NCBI GenBank assembly: GCA_951406725.2
Contig: OX597824.1
Coordinates: forward strand, 3,100,001 to 3,164,000
Direction: 5' to 3'
Length of the DNA stretch: 64,000 nt
DNA from: Octopus vulgaris
Taxonomy: Eukaryota
The first letter of the stretch is position 1, and every line of letters begins with the position of its first letter. A program made the translations under genes and the position numbers. This document shows, one piece after another, positions 12,211 through 25,598 of the stretch. The notes below the pieces were generated by a model that was given only the letters and a program-made list of their open reading frames with translations, was not told the DNA's origin and searched no databases.

Positions 12211-14042
12211 TATTTATATACACAAAGAGCTTCCATGTAGTTTCCGTTTACTAAATTCCACAGATAGTATATTCATCGAACCGTAGCTACGTTAATCAAA
12301 CTCTTGCCTGAGATGCCTTGCAGCCTTGCAATGGAATTGAACCCGGCTCTGCATAAACTCAAACGGATCATCTTAACCACACGTCAAACATTCATGCCAT
12401 GTATAAACCAGACTAGGCTCGCTTCACGAAACCCTTTTTGCTTAAGTTTGAAATCTTTATCGCTCCACATGCTTAATAATGGAAATTTATGAGTCAGGTG
12501 AAGTTTATATCTTTGGAAGTGTAATGAAATGAAGCGTTTTGAAATTTCTACCTCTTCGCAGAGAAAGAAAAATCGGTTTTCGGTTTCGATGGCAATGATA
12601 ATTGTGACGATATTTGCCAGCAAATTTTAAAGCGATCCGTTAAAGTTAAATCAATTGTTGTGTAAAACAAATGTTATGCTATAAATATTATATTTTTAAG
12701 GTTTTATTGGTAAAATATAATAGATGTCTTACAATTATCGATCTAGATGAGAAATAAGATTTTTTTTTCCGTTCGCAATAGAAATGATTTTTACAAGCAA
12801 ACGATCGTTGTTGTTACTAAGTTGTAAATCGATGCAAACACTTGTAGCATCATCACCAAGCGTGAAATCTGCGTAGATGTGCTCGAGTCTACTAAACGAG
12901 TCGTGTATCTTCTTCTGGATAAATTTTCGTTTTAAAATAAAACATAGCAGGAAAAACTATAAAGATAACCGGGATTAATCATTAAAACAAGTATAGGAAT
13001 GTTGACTGAATATTTACACATCAACAGGAAGAAAAATGTAGAATTCTTACCTTAAAGTCGAATATTTAAATAGAGCAAAAGATGCATTGATAGAAAGAAA
13101 ATAAAGTCTCCCTTTCTGTTTACACTTGGTCATTGTATTTCGAATAAATCTCTCTTTGTGTTTACATGCAGACCTGGTCTTTGTATTTCGAGTAAAAGAT
13201 ACACATCATCGAAGGTTTTATGAGCCCAAGAGAGAGAAAATAATCACCAGTTTTTACAAGTCAACATCTTATCTTATTCTTCTTGTTAGTAGTGCTTTAT
13301 TTGTCAATAGCATTGCTGTAACAGCCTGTCTCACAGTTTGTATATATTTTGCAATAGCTCCAGAATATGCTTCTCAAATAATATTCTTCTCCATTCTGAC
13401 GATGTAATTTTAATTAATAATAATTCTTGTTAGACTGCAAAAAGTATATTAGTATCCACTTTACTATTTGCGTTTCATATAAGAGGCGTCTGTGGGTATT
13501 CCCCCCCAGATATTCATCTATTTAACTTAACTGTGTACGCAAAAACACTTTTCGCAGAAAGCTACAATATCACCGTACTCTAAGTGATTTTTAATAAAAA
13601 CTTTACTATTTTATTAGACAGTCTAGAAAAACTTGATATGAAAGTACACTTAGTAAAACCTTCTGATCACATAGAAGACTTTTTTTATTGCTAACGTGCT
13701 TATTCAACGGCTTTTATAATTTATATCATAGACGATATTTACAAATTTGTCACATTTACTAAATTGATGGCTGAGAAATCGGTAAAACGTGAGACAATAC
13801 TGGCGATCAGTGATTTCAGCTGAATCTCAAATTTATGACCTGCTTTACAGCTTTGTATTAAGATATTTATACTACCGGATTTTTTTAAATACTATTGCAA
13901 TGTATGTATGTATGTATGAATGTATATAAAGGGAGAGAGAGGAGGAAGGAAATGAGAGATTGAGGCGATTATACACATATCCATACATACATACAGATAT
14001 ACAATCAAAAATGTAGACAGACAGACAGACAGATAGATAGAG

Positions 14043-14117
<75 letters not shown>

Positions 14118-14529
14118 GAGATAGAGAGATAGATAGATAGATAGATCTCATTCCGGAGTTTCAGCTAATAGTATGTTATTCGATCAACAAGGAGGACTTC
14201 TAGGCTCATTGAATTAGCGTGTAAGTGGATGAGTATTCCACAGACACACTGTAAACCTAATGTAGTTCCCATGCGGAGTTTGTGTAGCACAGTCTGACAA
14301 AGTTTGACCTTTTGCTTGTTCAATTAATCCGAATAGCTTTCATACACTTCCGTCTCCCCAGGTTTTATTTTTAAGGTTTAAGTCGACCCGAAACATTAGA
14401 AAAAGTTACTTCGCCAGGAAACCATGCAGTGAGATCGAAATCGTAACCGTTTTATCGCAAAATAACCTTAACGATTTAGCCATACTGTGCTCACACGCAT
14501 ACACACTTCATTTATTCTATACATACATA

Positions 14530-14838
14530 CAGATATATAAAAAATACAAAATGGGTCAAGAACGCAAAACATCCAAATAGACGATACAAAACTACGGACT
14601 GGTCATTCGAAGCCTTTAATCTTCAGTCAAGAACCGGATCATCCTCGTGATTTCGGCTGATTAATCTTGAGATAGCTCCAATCTGGCCAGCCTCAAGGAA
14701 AAACTAAGCTAAACACGTTAGATTCTTCGGAAAAGGGATCGAATGTGTACGAAACAAGGACAGAAAAACGGACGATGTTACACGAATATAAATACAAAAA
14801 AACAAACAAAAAATAATACGAATATAAATGCAAAAAAC

Positions 14839-14870
<32 letters not shown>

Positions 14871-14890
14871 CAGGACAATACAGAGGTACT
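14530..14890 (-). mobile_element. Penelope-like terminal-repeat-type non-autonomous element
   Basis: Complex island between microsatellites with decayed CTGAAGA and CCGAAA-palindrome motifs on the minus strand. A related island lies at about 20235-20520. Confidence 0.35.
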
Positions 14891-15286
14891 TACATAATTA
14901 AATATATACACGTGCGTACAAACATACATATCTACATCCATACATACGTACATATAGACAAAGACATACATACATGCATCCATACACACATACACATATA
15001 AAATACATAGATACAGGTTTCAGCATATACACCTCCCATAGGCTTTTCTGCCGCTAATGAAGTTAGGCACGTGTAATGGTGTTTTCATGTAACGAATGTT
15101 TTACCATTGTTTATCATTGGTTCGGACTGCTACACACTTCGCGTTTGGCGTTGAAGCGTTTATCATGAATGGTACATCTGAGAGGTGTTTTTTTGTGTCT
15201 TTTTTTTTTGCTATACCTTGTGTATGTATAAGTGCGTGTGTTTGTGTGTATATGTGTGCGTGCCTGTGCTTCTGTGTATAAGTATG

Positions 15287-15363
<77 letters not shown>

Positions 15364-15490
15364 TAGTCTATGGATCTATGTGTATATGTGTGAGTGCACG
15401 TAGTATAGTATAGCATTGTCTGCTAATAGAACCCAAATAAAATTCACTGGTTGAAAATCAGTGAAAGTAGAAACATGTATGAGGAATGGT

Positions 15491-15494
<4 letters not shown>

Positions 15495-15530
<36 letters not shown>

Positions 15531-15868
15531 AGGAAGGAAGGAAAGAAAGAAACAAACAAACAAATAAAGGAGAAAAGAAAGAAAGAAGGAAGAAAGGAAA
15601 GAAAGAAGGAAAGAAAGAAAGAGAGAAGGAAAGACAGAAGCAAACAAACAAATAAAGACGGAAAGAAACAAACAAACAAAGAAATAAACAAAAAGAAGGA
15701 AAGAAAGAAACAAACAAACAAACAAACAAATAAAGAAGGAAAGAAAGAAACAAACAAACAAAGAAACAAATAAAGAAGGAAAGAAAGAAACAAAGAAAGA
15801 AGGAAAGAAAGAAACAAAGAAACAAACAAACAAATAAAGAAGGAAAGAAAGAAACAAAAAAAGAAGGA

Positions 15869-15914
<46 letters not shown>

Positions 15915-16045
15915 AAGAAACAAACAAAACAAAAGAAGGAAATAAAGAAAGAAAGAGAGAGAGAAGAAAAGAAATAAAGAAAGAAACAAACAAACAAACA
16001 AAGAAGGAAAGACAGAAAGAAAGAGAGATAGAGAAAGAGAGAGAT
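15495..16045 (+). repeat. Compound (GA)/(GAAA)/(CAAA) purine-rich tract
   Basis: About 550 bp nearly devoid of T, with the recurring higher-order unit taaagaaggaaagaaagaaacaaac. Confidence 0.95.
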
Positions 16046-16923
16046 TAAAAATGGAAACTATAAGTAAAAAGAAAAATATTAAAAAATATAGAATTTCAAG
16101 TATTGAAGTTGAATCGCAAAGCTACAGTAAAATGGTTAAGCTGTTTCCCAAAATATTTCTCATGTCTGAAAAAAGACCTTGGGAAATATTCGAGAGAGAT
16201 ATCATTAAATTCTTGTAGCATTAATGCTGAGATTTTATTTGGCTTTAATTATGTTTTTATTCTCATTTTACCTGAATATTTAGCGATATTTTTTTTTCTG
16301 TTTTTGCTACTTAAGAATAAGAGCCATCTTTCGACTTAATACCCCCAACGACAGCATTGATTGGCTGATGGCGTTTGACTCATATCACTTGCAATGTCTT
16401 CTTTTTATTCATTCTGTTCATAAAAAAAGAAACGGCATCAGTTATGTTGCCTTAACACTTTCACTTCTGACTCCAAGTTAAAGAAATCTTGAATAAACAT
16501 TAACAGCTGTTTCTGTTTTGGGTGTTATTATTGTTACTTAGCTTCCAGTTTCTGATTTATAGTCAAAGAATTTCCAGCCGTGACCATTCCATCATTTTGA
16601 ATCTGTGGCTTTCAATTTCTTTGACCATGCTCATTTTTAGATTTTCAGAATCATTAGGTTCATCTTCACTATTTCCAGGTTTTGGATTTGTTTCGCCTTC
16701 CTTCCCGTTCATATGTTTGTCTGTGGTGTTCTGGTCTGGTGCCTTTTCCTTTTGTTGGAAATGTTACGTCTGTCTTCGTGTTTGACAGTCCCAATTTTTA
16801 TGATATTATTTGGCATTGCTCTGTGGTTACTATCTACATTTTCCTGATCTATTTCTCCTTTTAAGTGTTGTATTTCTATTTCTGATATTTTTTTTTGTTT
16901 TGAGAATATATCTTCGTATATTA

Positions 16924-16972
<49 letters not shown>

Positions 16973-16973
16973 C

Positions 16974-17006
<33 letters not shown>

Positions 17007-17609
17007 GTTGTTGTTGTTGTTGTAAATTATTTTTATATATCATTCATACATTTATATTAATACACACATTTCAATATTATTTATATTACTGATACTTGTA
17101 CAGTATCTCGTAAACCGATCTGTATACATTGTGATATTTTGATTTGCGTCTTCACATTTTGTAAGTGCGTGCGAGAGTGTATGAGCGTGATATAATTATT
17201 AAAATATTTCATCCAAATAGCTATAAATCAAATTATTATTAAATAGCAATCGAAAATCGATGTAATTATCATGATGGTTTCAGCGGTTTTTTTTTTTTCG
17301 CAAGCTTCTTCCGCATGCAGTTCACCTTTGTATTCGTGAGGTGCGTTGCACATTATCTTTGGGGAATGTGAAATTGCGTTTCAATGCTGCCTAATGGTTG
17401 ACTGTATTTTGGGTTATGTTTTGATGGAATGATGCTATTTAATGTTGCATCTGCTGTAAAGAGAATGTGTAACGTGAGCTGAGCTTTTCGCTGGATCGTG
17501 GTTCTGTTAAACACGTGTTGAGTTATACGTGACGGTGATTGTTAATGACTCTATAGTGTATGTGCTATGTTTATTGTGCCATTTCTTGGGCTGAATATAA
17601 AGAGAATGC

Positions 17610-17654
17610 GTTGTGTATACATATGTATGCATATATATATACATATATATATAC

Positions 17655-17737
<83 letters not shown>

Positions 17738-17759
17738 TTTATATATATATATGTATGCA

Positions 17760-17790
<31 letters not shown>

Positions 17791-17791
17791 G

Positions 17792-17826
<35 letters not shown>

Positions 17827-17863
17827 TTATATATACATATATTTATATATATATATATATAAG

Positions 17864-17959
<96 letters not shown>

Positions 17960-18200
17960 AATATATGTATGTGTAGATATATATGTATATATGTACGTAC
18001 GTATGTATGTACGTACTTATGTACGTGTGTATGTATGTGCGAGTGTGTCTGTATGCATTTATGTAGATGTGATATATACGTGTATATATATACACACATA
18101 CACACATGCTTACATACATATGCACACACACACGCGCACACACATATACATACATATACAATATATATACATATACATTTATACATATATGCATGTACAT
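17610..18200. repeat. Long compound (TA)/(TG)/(GA)/(CA) microsatellite block, representative of dozens in the window
   Basis: Direct inspection; similar blocks at 2975-3330, 8955-9490, 22780-22960, 29240-29460, 48040-48420 and 60340-60740. Confidence 0.95.
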
Positions 18201-19599
18201 CGTACTCCTGATCAGACAACGTCGACTTGATGGAGCGAGTGAGCTAATATTCAGCACAATTATTTGATCTCTACAATCAAGTGCTTTGTGCAGGTCACTG
18301 CTTCCATAAACTTCTAAACTCTTAGTATCAGACAAAGAATTCTCGCATAACAAAGAGTGGGAGTTTTTTGCGAAATGATTCTACGTCGTCGTCTTCATCA
18401 CTCTTCCTATTTCTACTCTCAACATCAAGGATTTATAATGCAATCTCTTCTCTTAATCTTTGGTGTCCAGAATGATTCCCTGCGTCTTCCAGCCAATTCC
18501 TGACTTCGTCGTCAACGTCGTCTATTTTGTCTTCCTACTGTGCAGTTATGCCGAACAGGTGTTATCGCGATTATAATAATGAACTTATTGTATAGAGCGC
18601 TCAGGTGTCCTACATCGGATGTTAATGAGGGTCCTTATTTCTCGTGTATCTTCCTTAAGATTGCCCTTATATCTTCGTTGGTGTAATCTTTTATAACCTA
18701 CAGTAATACCTTGATGCATTAGGTGATTTATCGTGGAAGCATTTGGTGGGAGAATTATTACTGACGACTTGATTAGAACCTGGCTAAGCAGAGACATTCT
18801 CCAAAATTTATAGCATCTTCACTTCATCGGTTGAAATTTGGGGGACCTCTTTCGTAAGACGATTGACACCTGTAATCAGTCATATTTTTCTGGAGAATTA
18901 TTCATTTCTGTTTAAGGATTATATTTCACAATACTTAATAAACCCAAATTATCTTCTCTTTCCAACTGATTAGCAAACGTTTAAAGATAATTTATTTATA
19001 ATCGATTTATTATATTTGAAGAATACTTCAGGTTTAATCATTTAAAAGCTTCTTAGGTCTTTTTTTTTTTTTTTTAAACAATTACTTGCGTTCACTCATT
19101 AATCTCAATTTATTACGAATTCCAGAAGGCTATATAAAGCACTGATTCTGTGGGCCACACCCAGTCATTTAATCAAATATTTGGTCAGTCTCTCTGCTCG
19201 AAATAGCAGCACATGAAATAGTTTTTATGGGTTACAGAAAATGAATGTCACCTAAATATTCCTACTATAACGACTGTGCACCTCTATAAACTTGTCTTCG
19301 ATGTGAATATTGCCTGCTATATAAATTTTAAAACACTTTATAAATATAAATGTATAACACCCGTTACAAGTTGGTAAACATACATTGCCTTTTAAACAGC
19401 GGAGATTTGTAAACATTGCTGCTTATATAATGTAGGTGAACTGCATCCGTTTACTTAGAGAATTCCAAGAAATCAGGATCGATTACAAATGTTGACTGAT
19501 TATTTTGTAAGCAAATATCTTCTCTTTCTATAGCATTTAGGGAAAGCAAATTAGCGCTTAAACTTGCTCGCACTTTACATAACGAAAGCGCGTGCACTA

Positions 19600-19631
<32 letters not shown>

Positions 19632-19738
19632 ATGTGTGTGTGTATGTATGAATATAACATTTTTATGTGTATATGCATCAAATTTATATATATATACACA
19701 CATATGCATATATGTAAATATATATATATTACATATAC

Positions 19739-19769
<31 letters not shown>

Positions 19770-19788
19770 AGTGTGTGTGTGTGTGTGT

Positions 19789-20150
19789 GAAGCCGCATGG
19801 CTTAGTGGTTAGAGCGTCGAGCTTACGATCGTGAAGTTGTGAGCTCGATTCCCGACCGGGTTGCGTGTTGTGTTCTCGAGCAAGACCCTTTATTTCACGT
19901 TGCTCCAGCTCACTCAGCTGTAGAAATTAGTTCCGACGTCACTAGTGCCAAGCTGTATCAGCCCCTTTGCCTTTCCCTTGGATAACATCAGTGGCATGGA
20001 GAGGCGGGGCCGGTATACATGCGCGACTGCTGGTCTTCCATAAAAACAACCATACGCTGTGCGTACGCCGGTGAGGCGGCTATCCGCCCAGAATTGTACC
20101 CTGGAGGGGAACCGGTGCACCCATGGTCATTCGTGACCGACGGAGTTGAG
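19789..20150 (+). mobile_element. tRNA-derived SINE (second family)
   Basis: A box tggcttagtgg, B-box-like agctcgattcc, central gagcaagacc..tttcacgttgctccag domain. Confidence 0.8.
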
Positions 20151-20153
20151 TAC

Positions 20154-20228
<75 letters not shown>

Positions 20229-20689
20229 TGTGTGTATCAAAGGTTGAACAGAAAGAACTCAATGAGAAAACAGAGCAAACAAAAAAACATACGGAAAACT
20301 AAACGATAACATAACAAACGGGAAACTGGACCATCCCCAGCCAATTCTTTCTTCAGTCACTGTCCGCACATATCCTTGCAGTTTCGTGTTCCTTTACAAT
20401 TGAGACCTCTCGATTACGGCAAGTGCCAGGGCATTAAGCTTCTGGGAAAAGCAAAGGAGTGTATACAAGAATAAGAAACAAAAATCTAAAACATATTTAT
20501 ACAATACAACGTGATGGAATAATACAAGTGTAACAGAAAAAAGAATTATGTTTATAGAGTGAGAGGGGGAGGAAATTTTATGTTCAAAGGTCAAGGGCTT
20601 TCAAGAAGTCTTTTTTAGTAACCTCAATATTGTAACAATATACATGATGTAAAGTTTGCCTATATTTTAATGCATTATGTATATATATA

Positions 20690-20879
20690 GTCGCCGTGAT
20701 AGATCGTTAGCCACTACACACATTTTTTCTCTTCTTGTATTTTTCTGTGCCCCTCTCTGTAGAAGAGCGTAGGCTCGAAGCGTAAAAGACTTTTTCTATT
20801 CCTGAGCGTTATACTAGTACATCTGTTTGTCTTGTACACCACCTGTCTTCGTCTTTTGTTTTTTTCGTAAACTCTCCCT
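20690..20879 (+). mobile_element. ~190-bp microsatellite-associated repeat, copy A (hammerhead-like motif 20753-20788)
   Basis: Closely similar to 22580-22780 (+), 21965-22140 (-) and the internally deleted 29159-29238. The plus-strand copies are followed by (CT)n and/or (TA)n. Confidence 0.8.
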
Positions 20880-20907
20880 CTCTCTCCCTCTCCCTCTTTC
20901 TCTCACC

Positions 20908-20968
<61 letters not shown>

Positions 20969-21571
20969 AGTAATGTCAATCGACACATTAATGTGGCTGT
21001 TCCATGTTACTACTAGTTTAACCCCAAGCAAATCTTCCGCTGGCTGGTTATTGGTGCGGTGCTGCACCCAATACATACATATATATTGCTAGCAGTGGGA
21101 GCGAACCCCCCCCCCAGTAGGCAACAGAATCGCGAGACTGACTCAGTTTCGAGCTGGTTGGTTCATCTTCCGTTGCGAGTACCAAGTCGCCACAGAGATA
21201 GCCAGGGTCTGCTCCAGCCAACAATATATTGTAAACACGTGTAGCGTGAGACACGCAGAATTCAGTTATGAAGCTGCAATTGACTGCCGACAACCTGGTT
21301 ATGGTTTTGAGTGGTGCCTTCTGTAACATGTCCCTCATGATAGCCTTCTTCATCCTCTGCTTCAGGTTTCAGATGGTCTCCTCTTGTCGTGGTGGAGGGG
21401 CTTGTGTGGACCATTGACTGTGACAACGATGCCGTCCGTAGTCCCAAACACTTAATAGGACTACCCTTAGTGGCAATGTAGAGGACGAGGACCAGCCTAA
21501 GTCTCACCAACCCCAAAGACCCCAGCGGTGAAGCAAGCGGACGATGACTATATGTATATTCATATATGAAT

Positions 21572-21643
<72 letters not shown>

Positions 21644-21803
21644 AAATATTACCAAATATATACGTTTTATTTATTTTGCACATTACTTAATCATTGGTAT
21701 ATGTTTTATCCTATATTTAAATTTTTCTATAGGATGTAATTTTTTTCTATATGGTATAATTTATTTTTTTCATTATTGAATTGATAAAAGGTGTTTTTTT
21801 ATA

Positions 21804-21876
<73 letters not shown>

Positions 21877-21964
21877 TGTATGTATGTATACATATATATA
21901 TATGTGTGTGTGTAGATATATGTATGTAAGTATGAACGAATGAATTATGTATGTATGTGTATAG

Positions 21965-22140
21965 TTAAAATTTATAGAAACAAAAGACGAAGACAAGAGT
22001 AGGAACGACAAGTAAGTGTATTAGTTTGACGCTCGGGCAATTGGAAAAGTCTTTTACGCTTCGAACCTACGCTCTTCAACAGAAAGGATCAGAGGGAAGA
22101 AAAAAACAGAGAGAGAACGAAAAAACAAGCAACACAAAAT
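21965..22140 (-). mobile_element. ~190-bp repeat, copy C
   Basis: Reverse complement reads CTTTCTGTTGAAGAGCGTAGGTTCGAAGCGTAAAAGAC, plus the shared gtcttcgtcttttgtt segment. Confidence 0.75.
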
Positions 22141-22148
22141 GTACATGA

Positions 22149-22193
<45 letters not shown>

Positions 22194-22579
22194 TATTGTA
22201 ATTGAATTTTGATTGAAATATATTTATTTAAAACGCTATTCTCTGACGATGCCAGCTAAAACTTCTCTCATTGAAGATTTTCTTTTTTTTTTCTGTTCTT
22301 TTGTATTTCAAGAATAAGAATGCAATACACACTGACTACATCTATTTCAAAATCCTTCAAATTGAAACTTTTATGAATCTGATATTATTTTTATTAGATT
22401 TTATAAATGAAGAACTTCCAATAATAACCAGTTTTGTCATCTACATATGCTAAATGATTACTTTGCTGGCCGATAATTATTTTTATAGCTGGATCCTATG
22501 ATGCGCAGAGTGTATCATTTGTTGCCATAAAGAATATATATATATATATGAGAATATATAAAGAATTTATATATATGAG

Positions 22580-22774
22580 ACGCCATGATAGATCGTTAGC
22601 CACTACACACATTTTCCTCTCCTTGTTTCTCTCTTTGTTTTTTCTAAAAGGTGTCCCTTTCTGTAGAAGAGCGTAGGCTCGAAACGTAAAAGACTTTTTC
22701 TATTCCTGAGCGTTATACTAATACATCTGTTTGTCTTTGTACACCACCTGTCTTCGTCTTTTGTTTTTTTCGTA

Positions 22775-22780
<6 letters not shown>
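22580..22780 (+). mobile_element. ~190-bp repeat, copy B
   Basis: cgccatgatagatcgttagccactacacac...gtcttcgtcttttgttttttcgtaaa, shared with copy A. Confidence 0.8.
22657..22692 (+). ncRNA. Minimal hammerhead-like motif with variant core (family copy B)
   Basis: CUUU-CUGUAGA-A-GAGC GUAG GCUC-GAAA-CG-UA-AAAG. Stem I CUUU/AAAG, perfect stem II, palindromic ACGU stem III as in Penelope-type dimeric hammerheads; A6 is replaced by U. Confidence 0.5.
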
Positions 22781-22870
<90 letters not shown>

Positions 22871-23474
22871 ATGTATGTATGTGTGTGTGTGTGTGTATGT
22901 ATGTATATATGTAGCTATGTATGTATGTACGTATGTTTGTATGTATATAGGTATTTATATATTTGTGTTTGTGTGTGTGATAAATATGATAAATATATAT
23001 ATATATTCTTATATACAACACTCACACATACACTCATCACGCACACATGCATAATTTGCAAGATTCTTAATGTGAAATCGTGTTTTGTAACAGATATTGA
23101 CATATTTCGGGATGGTCACTTTTTTCTGACCAAAGACAGAATGGGAGAAAAAATACAAAAGCACACAGACACAAGCGGTTTAATACATTAATCTATATAA
23201 ACACATAGAAAAGACACACATACACATATTTAAGATGAAATGGCGGAAATAGAGAGATGAATAAGTAAATAAATGAAAAAAGTATACAAAGGGCACGGAC
23301 ACAGCTAATAAAGTAAGCAAATTCATATGCACACGCAGAAAACACATGCAAAACAGACAGGCACGTGTACACATACACACACACAGATACAGACACAAAC
23401 GCATACTCAGGTAATTACATACACCATAGACAGACATAATGGGCTAAACAAAAAAGGAGACATGGGGGATGGAT

Positions 23475-23517
23475 GCTCACTGAAGAAGTCACAGGTGTGT
23501 GACGAAACATTTCAAAC
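23475..23517 (+). ncRNA. Minimal hammerhead-like motif with intact catalytic boxes
   Basis: GCUCA-CUGAAGA-A-GUCAC AGGUGU GUGAC-GAAA-CAUU-UC-AAAC. Both conserved boxes and a perfect 5-bp stem II are present; stem III and the 3' strand of stem I appear mutated (inferred ancestor ACAUGUCGAGC). Confidence 0.5.
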
Positions 23518-23638
23518 AATGGACATAAACAAGTAGAGAACGAATATATAGTACGTGTGTTTATTTTGCAAGAAAAAAATTACCGTCACGAAATATAACA
23601 ATGTATGTATGCATATACATATACACACACACACACAT

Positions 23639-23715
<77 letters not shown>

Positions 23716-23899
23716 CATATGCATATACATATATATTCACATGACACAGATATACATACATACACACATATATATACAGAGAAAGAGAGAGGGAGGAAGT
23801 GAGAAAGAAGATTCCAAACCGGTAAACTTCTTAGACCGTTATTATGCAAAATTCGGGGGATTTTGTGAATGTGTGTATTCTTATTGTTACAGCGTGTCC

Positions 23900-25260
23900 A
23901 TTATTGTTTCCTCAAAGCTGCAAATCAGTTGATGTTGTTGTTTCTCTGAATCAGTTTTTATACTCACCAACTTGCACGTACATCTCTTCTTTGCTTCAAC
24001 TTAAACGCCATTCTGAAAAGTTTATATCAAACGATGTGATCGTAATAACAATGTCGACTATATGTCCAGGTATTTGTACCTGGTCATACAGGTATTATTT
24101 CCCTGATGGTAATTCTGTACCTTCAAGTCTGTTTACCTATCCTCTTGTCAGGAATATTACTCCACATTTCTTATACTGTATTCCATTTTGATATTCTTAC
24201 TGAAGTCCCTCGTTACCATACACCATGAGATCATACATAATACATAGTTGAACTTCTGCTGCTGCCTTTAAACTCATATCCAGATGTTACTTTCCTCAGT
24301 AGTAATATTATAGAAATCAAGCATGAAACGAATAATAGACACCCAATTTCTTTAAAGAATCTCTTTTGGTTCTTAATATCCCTAAGTTCTGTTCATATAA
24401 TGTGTACTCAATCTTCTAAACTTACCATAATTTTGCTTAAAAAATCTTGGCAATCTTCGTAGTCCTTAAAACTTCAAATTTTTAATGGTCCACATATGTG
24501 GTATTTCGTCATAGACCATGCGGTTATCTATCCAAGCTATTGCTAATGCCGTCTTCTTTCCCCAAACAATCTTTCATTACCATTTTATCTAAAAGTAGCT
24601 GTTCTTTTCTCACCTATAATTTGGTCTGTAACCTTTCGTCTCAACAGAAGGTATTCCGTTATTATCAAGAAATGCCTACAGTTCATCTGTGAATTGTTCC
24701 AGTAACTTCCACATCAGAAGCAGACATGATGTGGGTCTGTAATATCTACAGAATGCCGATTTGAAGTATCTTTCAAATGCAAAACTATTCGTCCAATAGT
24801 TATCCACTCAAGAATTTCTTCATTTGATTTAATCAGTGCATTAACCTTTTCAGCTATTCTTTCATGGCATCTGGTCAGTTTCTTTATTCAATATTGTTGA
24901 ATACTATTGGGTTCAACTGCTTTCCAATTACTCATCTTTCTGCAGATTTTCTCTCAGATTTTCCAGCCATTCACATTCAGCATTATACTGCTCTTTCATA
25001 TTCCGCATCTCACTCCAAAATACTCAACTTTCTTCTGGTTCAAGTATAACTCTTTAGTGTGTAATTTCTCATATTTCTTGATGAATTCTTCTCATCAATT
25101 CAGAATAATTTATACTGCTTTACTCTTTAATCATATTTTGATATTTTGTCAAAGAACAATCACAACTTTCAGCCCACGAACCCCTGGTTCCAGCCCCATT
25201 TACGCCTTCATTTGAATAATTATTTAGCAACATTTTATTAATAATTTAGGTTTGTGAGAG
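23900..25260 (-). mobile_element. R4/Dong-clade (REL-type) LINE RT relic
   Basis: Minus-strand translation: ETKGYRPNYR*EKEQLLLDKMVMKDC..AIAWIDNRMVYDEIPHMW (EQKGC...KDQLLI.K...AWIDY.KAFDSVPH.W), IMYDLMVYG (YMDDLKLY), KMEYSI.KCGV, RYKYLDI. Next to (AAT)n tracts, the Dong target. Confidence 0.8.
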
Positions 25261-25405
25261 TTTTCCTTTCCACAATTGTTTTTTCATGGCACCTTCACTA
25301 GGATGGCCACTAATCTAGTCTAAAGACACTCTCACACATATAGCAATAAGACAAAGACTAATTCTACAGTACGCCAACCTGTTATTCTTCCGACATGTGC
25401 TAATA

Positions 25406-25454
<49 letters not shown>

Positions 25455-25553
25455 TATTTATTATTATTATCATTATTATTATTATTATTATTATCATCAT
25501 CATCATTATTCGTGATACGGGCAATGGTTTCATCCACTTTATTGCAGATGATT

Positions 25554-25598
<45 letters not shown>

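Noticed and set aside
15376-16001. Hydrophobic 180-205 aa membrane-protein-like ORFs
   Set aside because: Reverse strand of the GAAA/CAAA repeat; open in all three frames.
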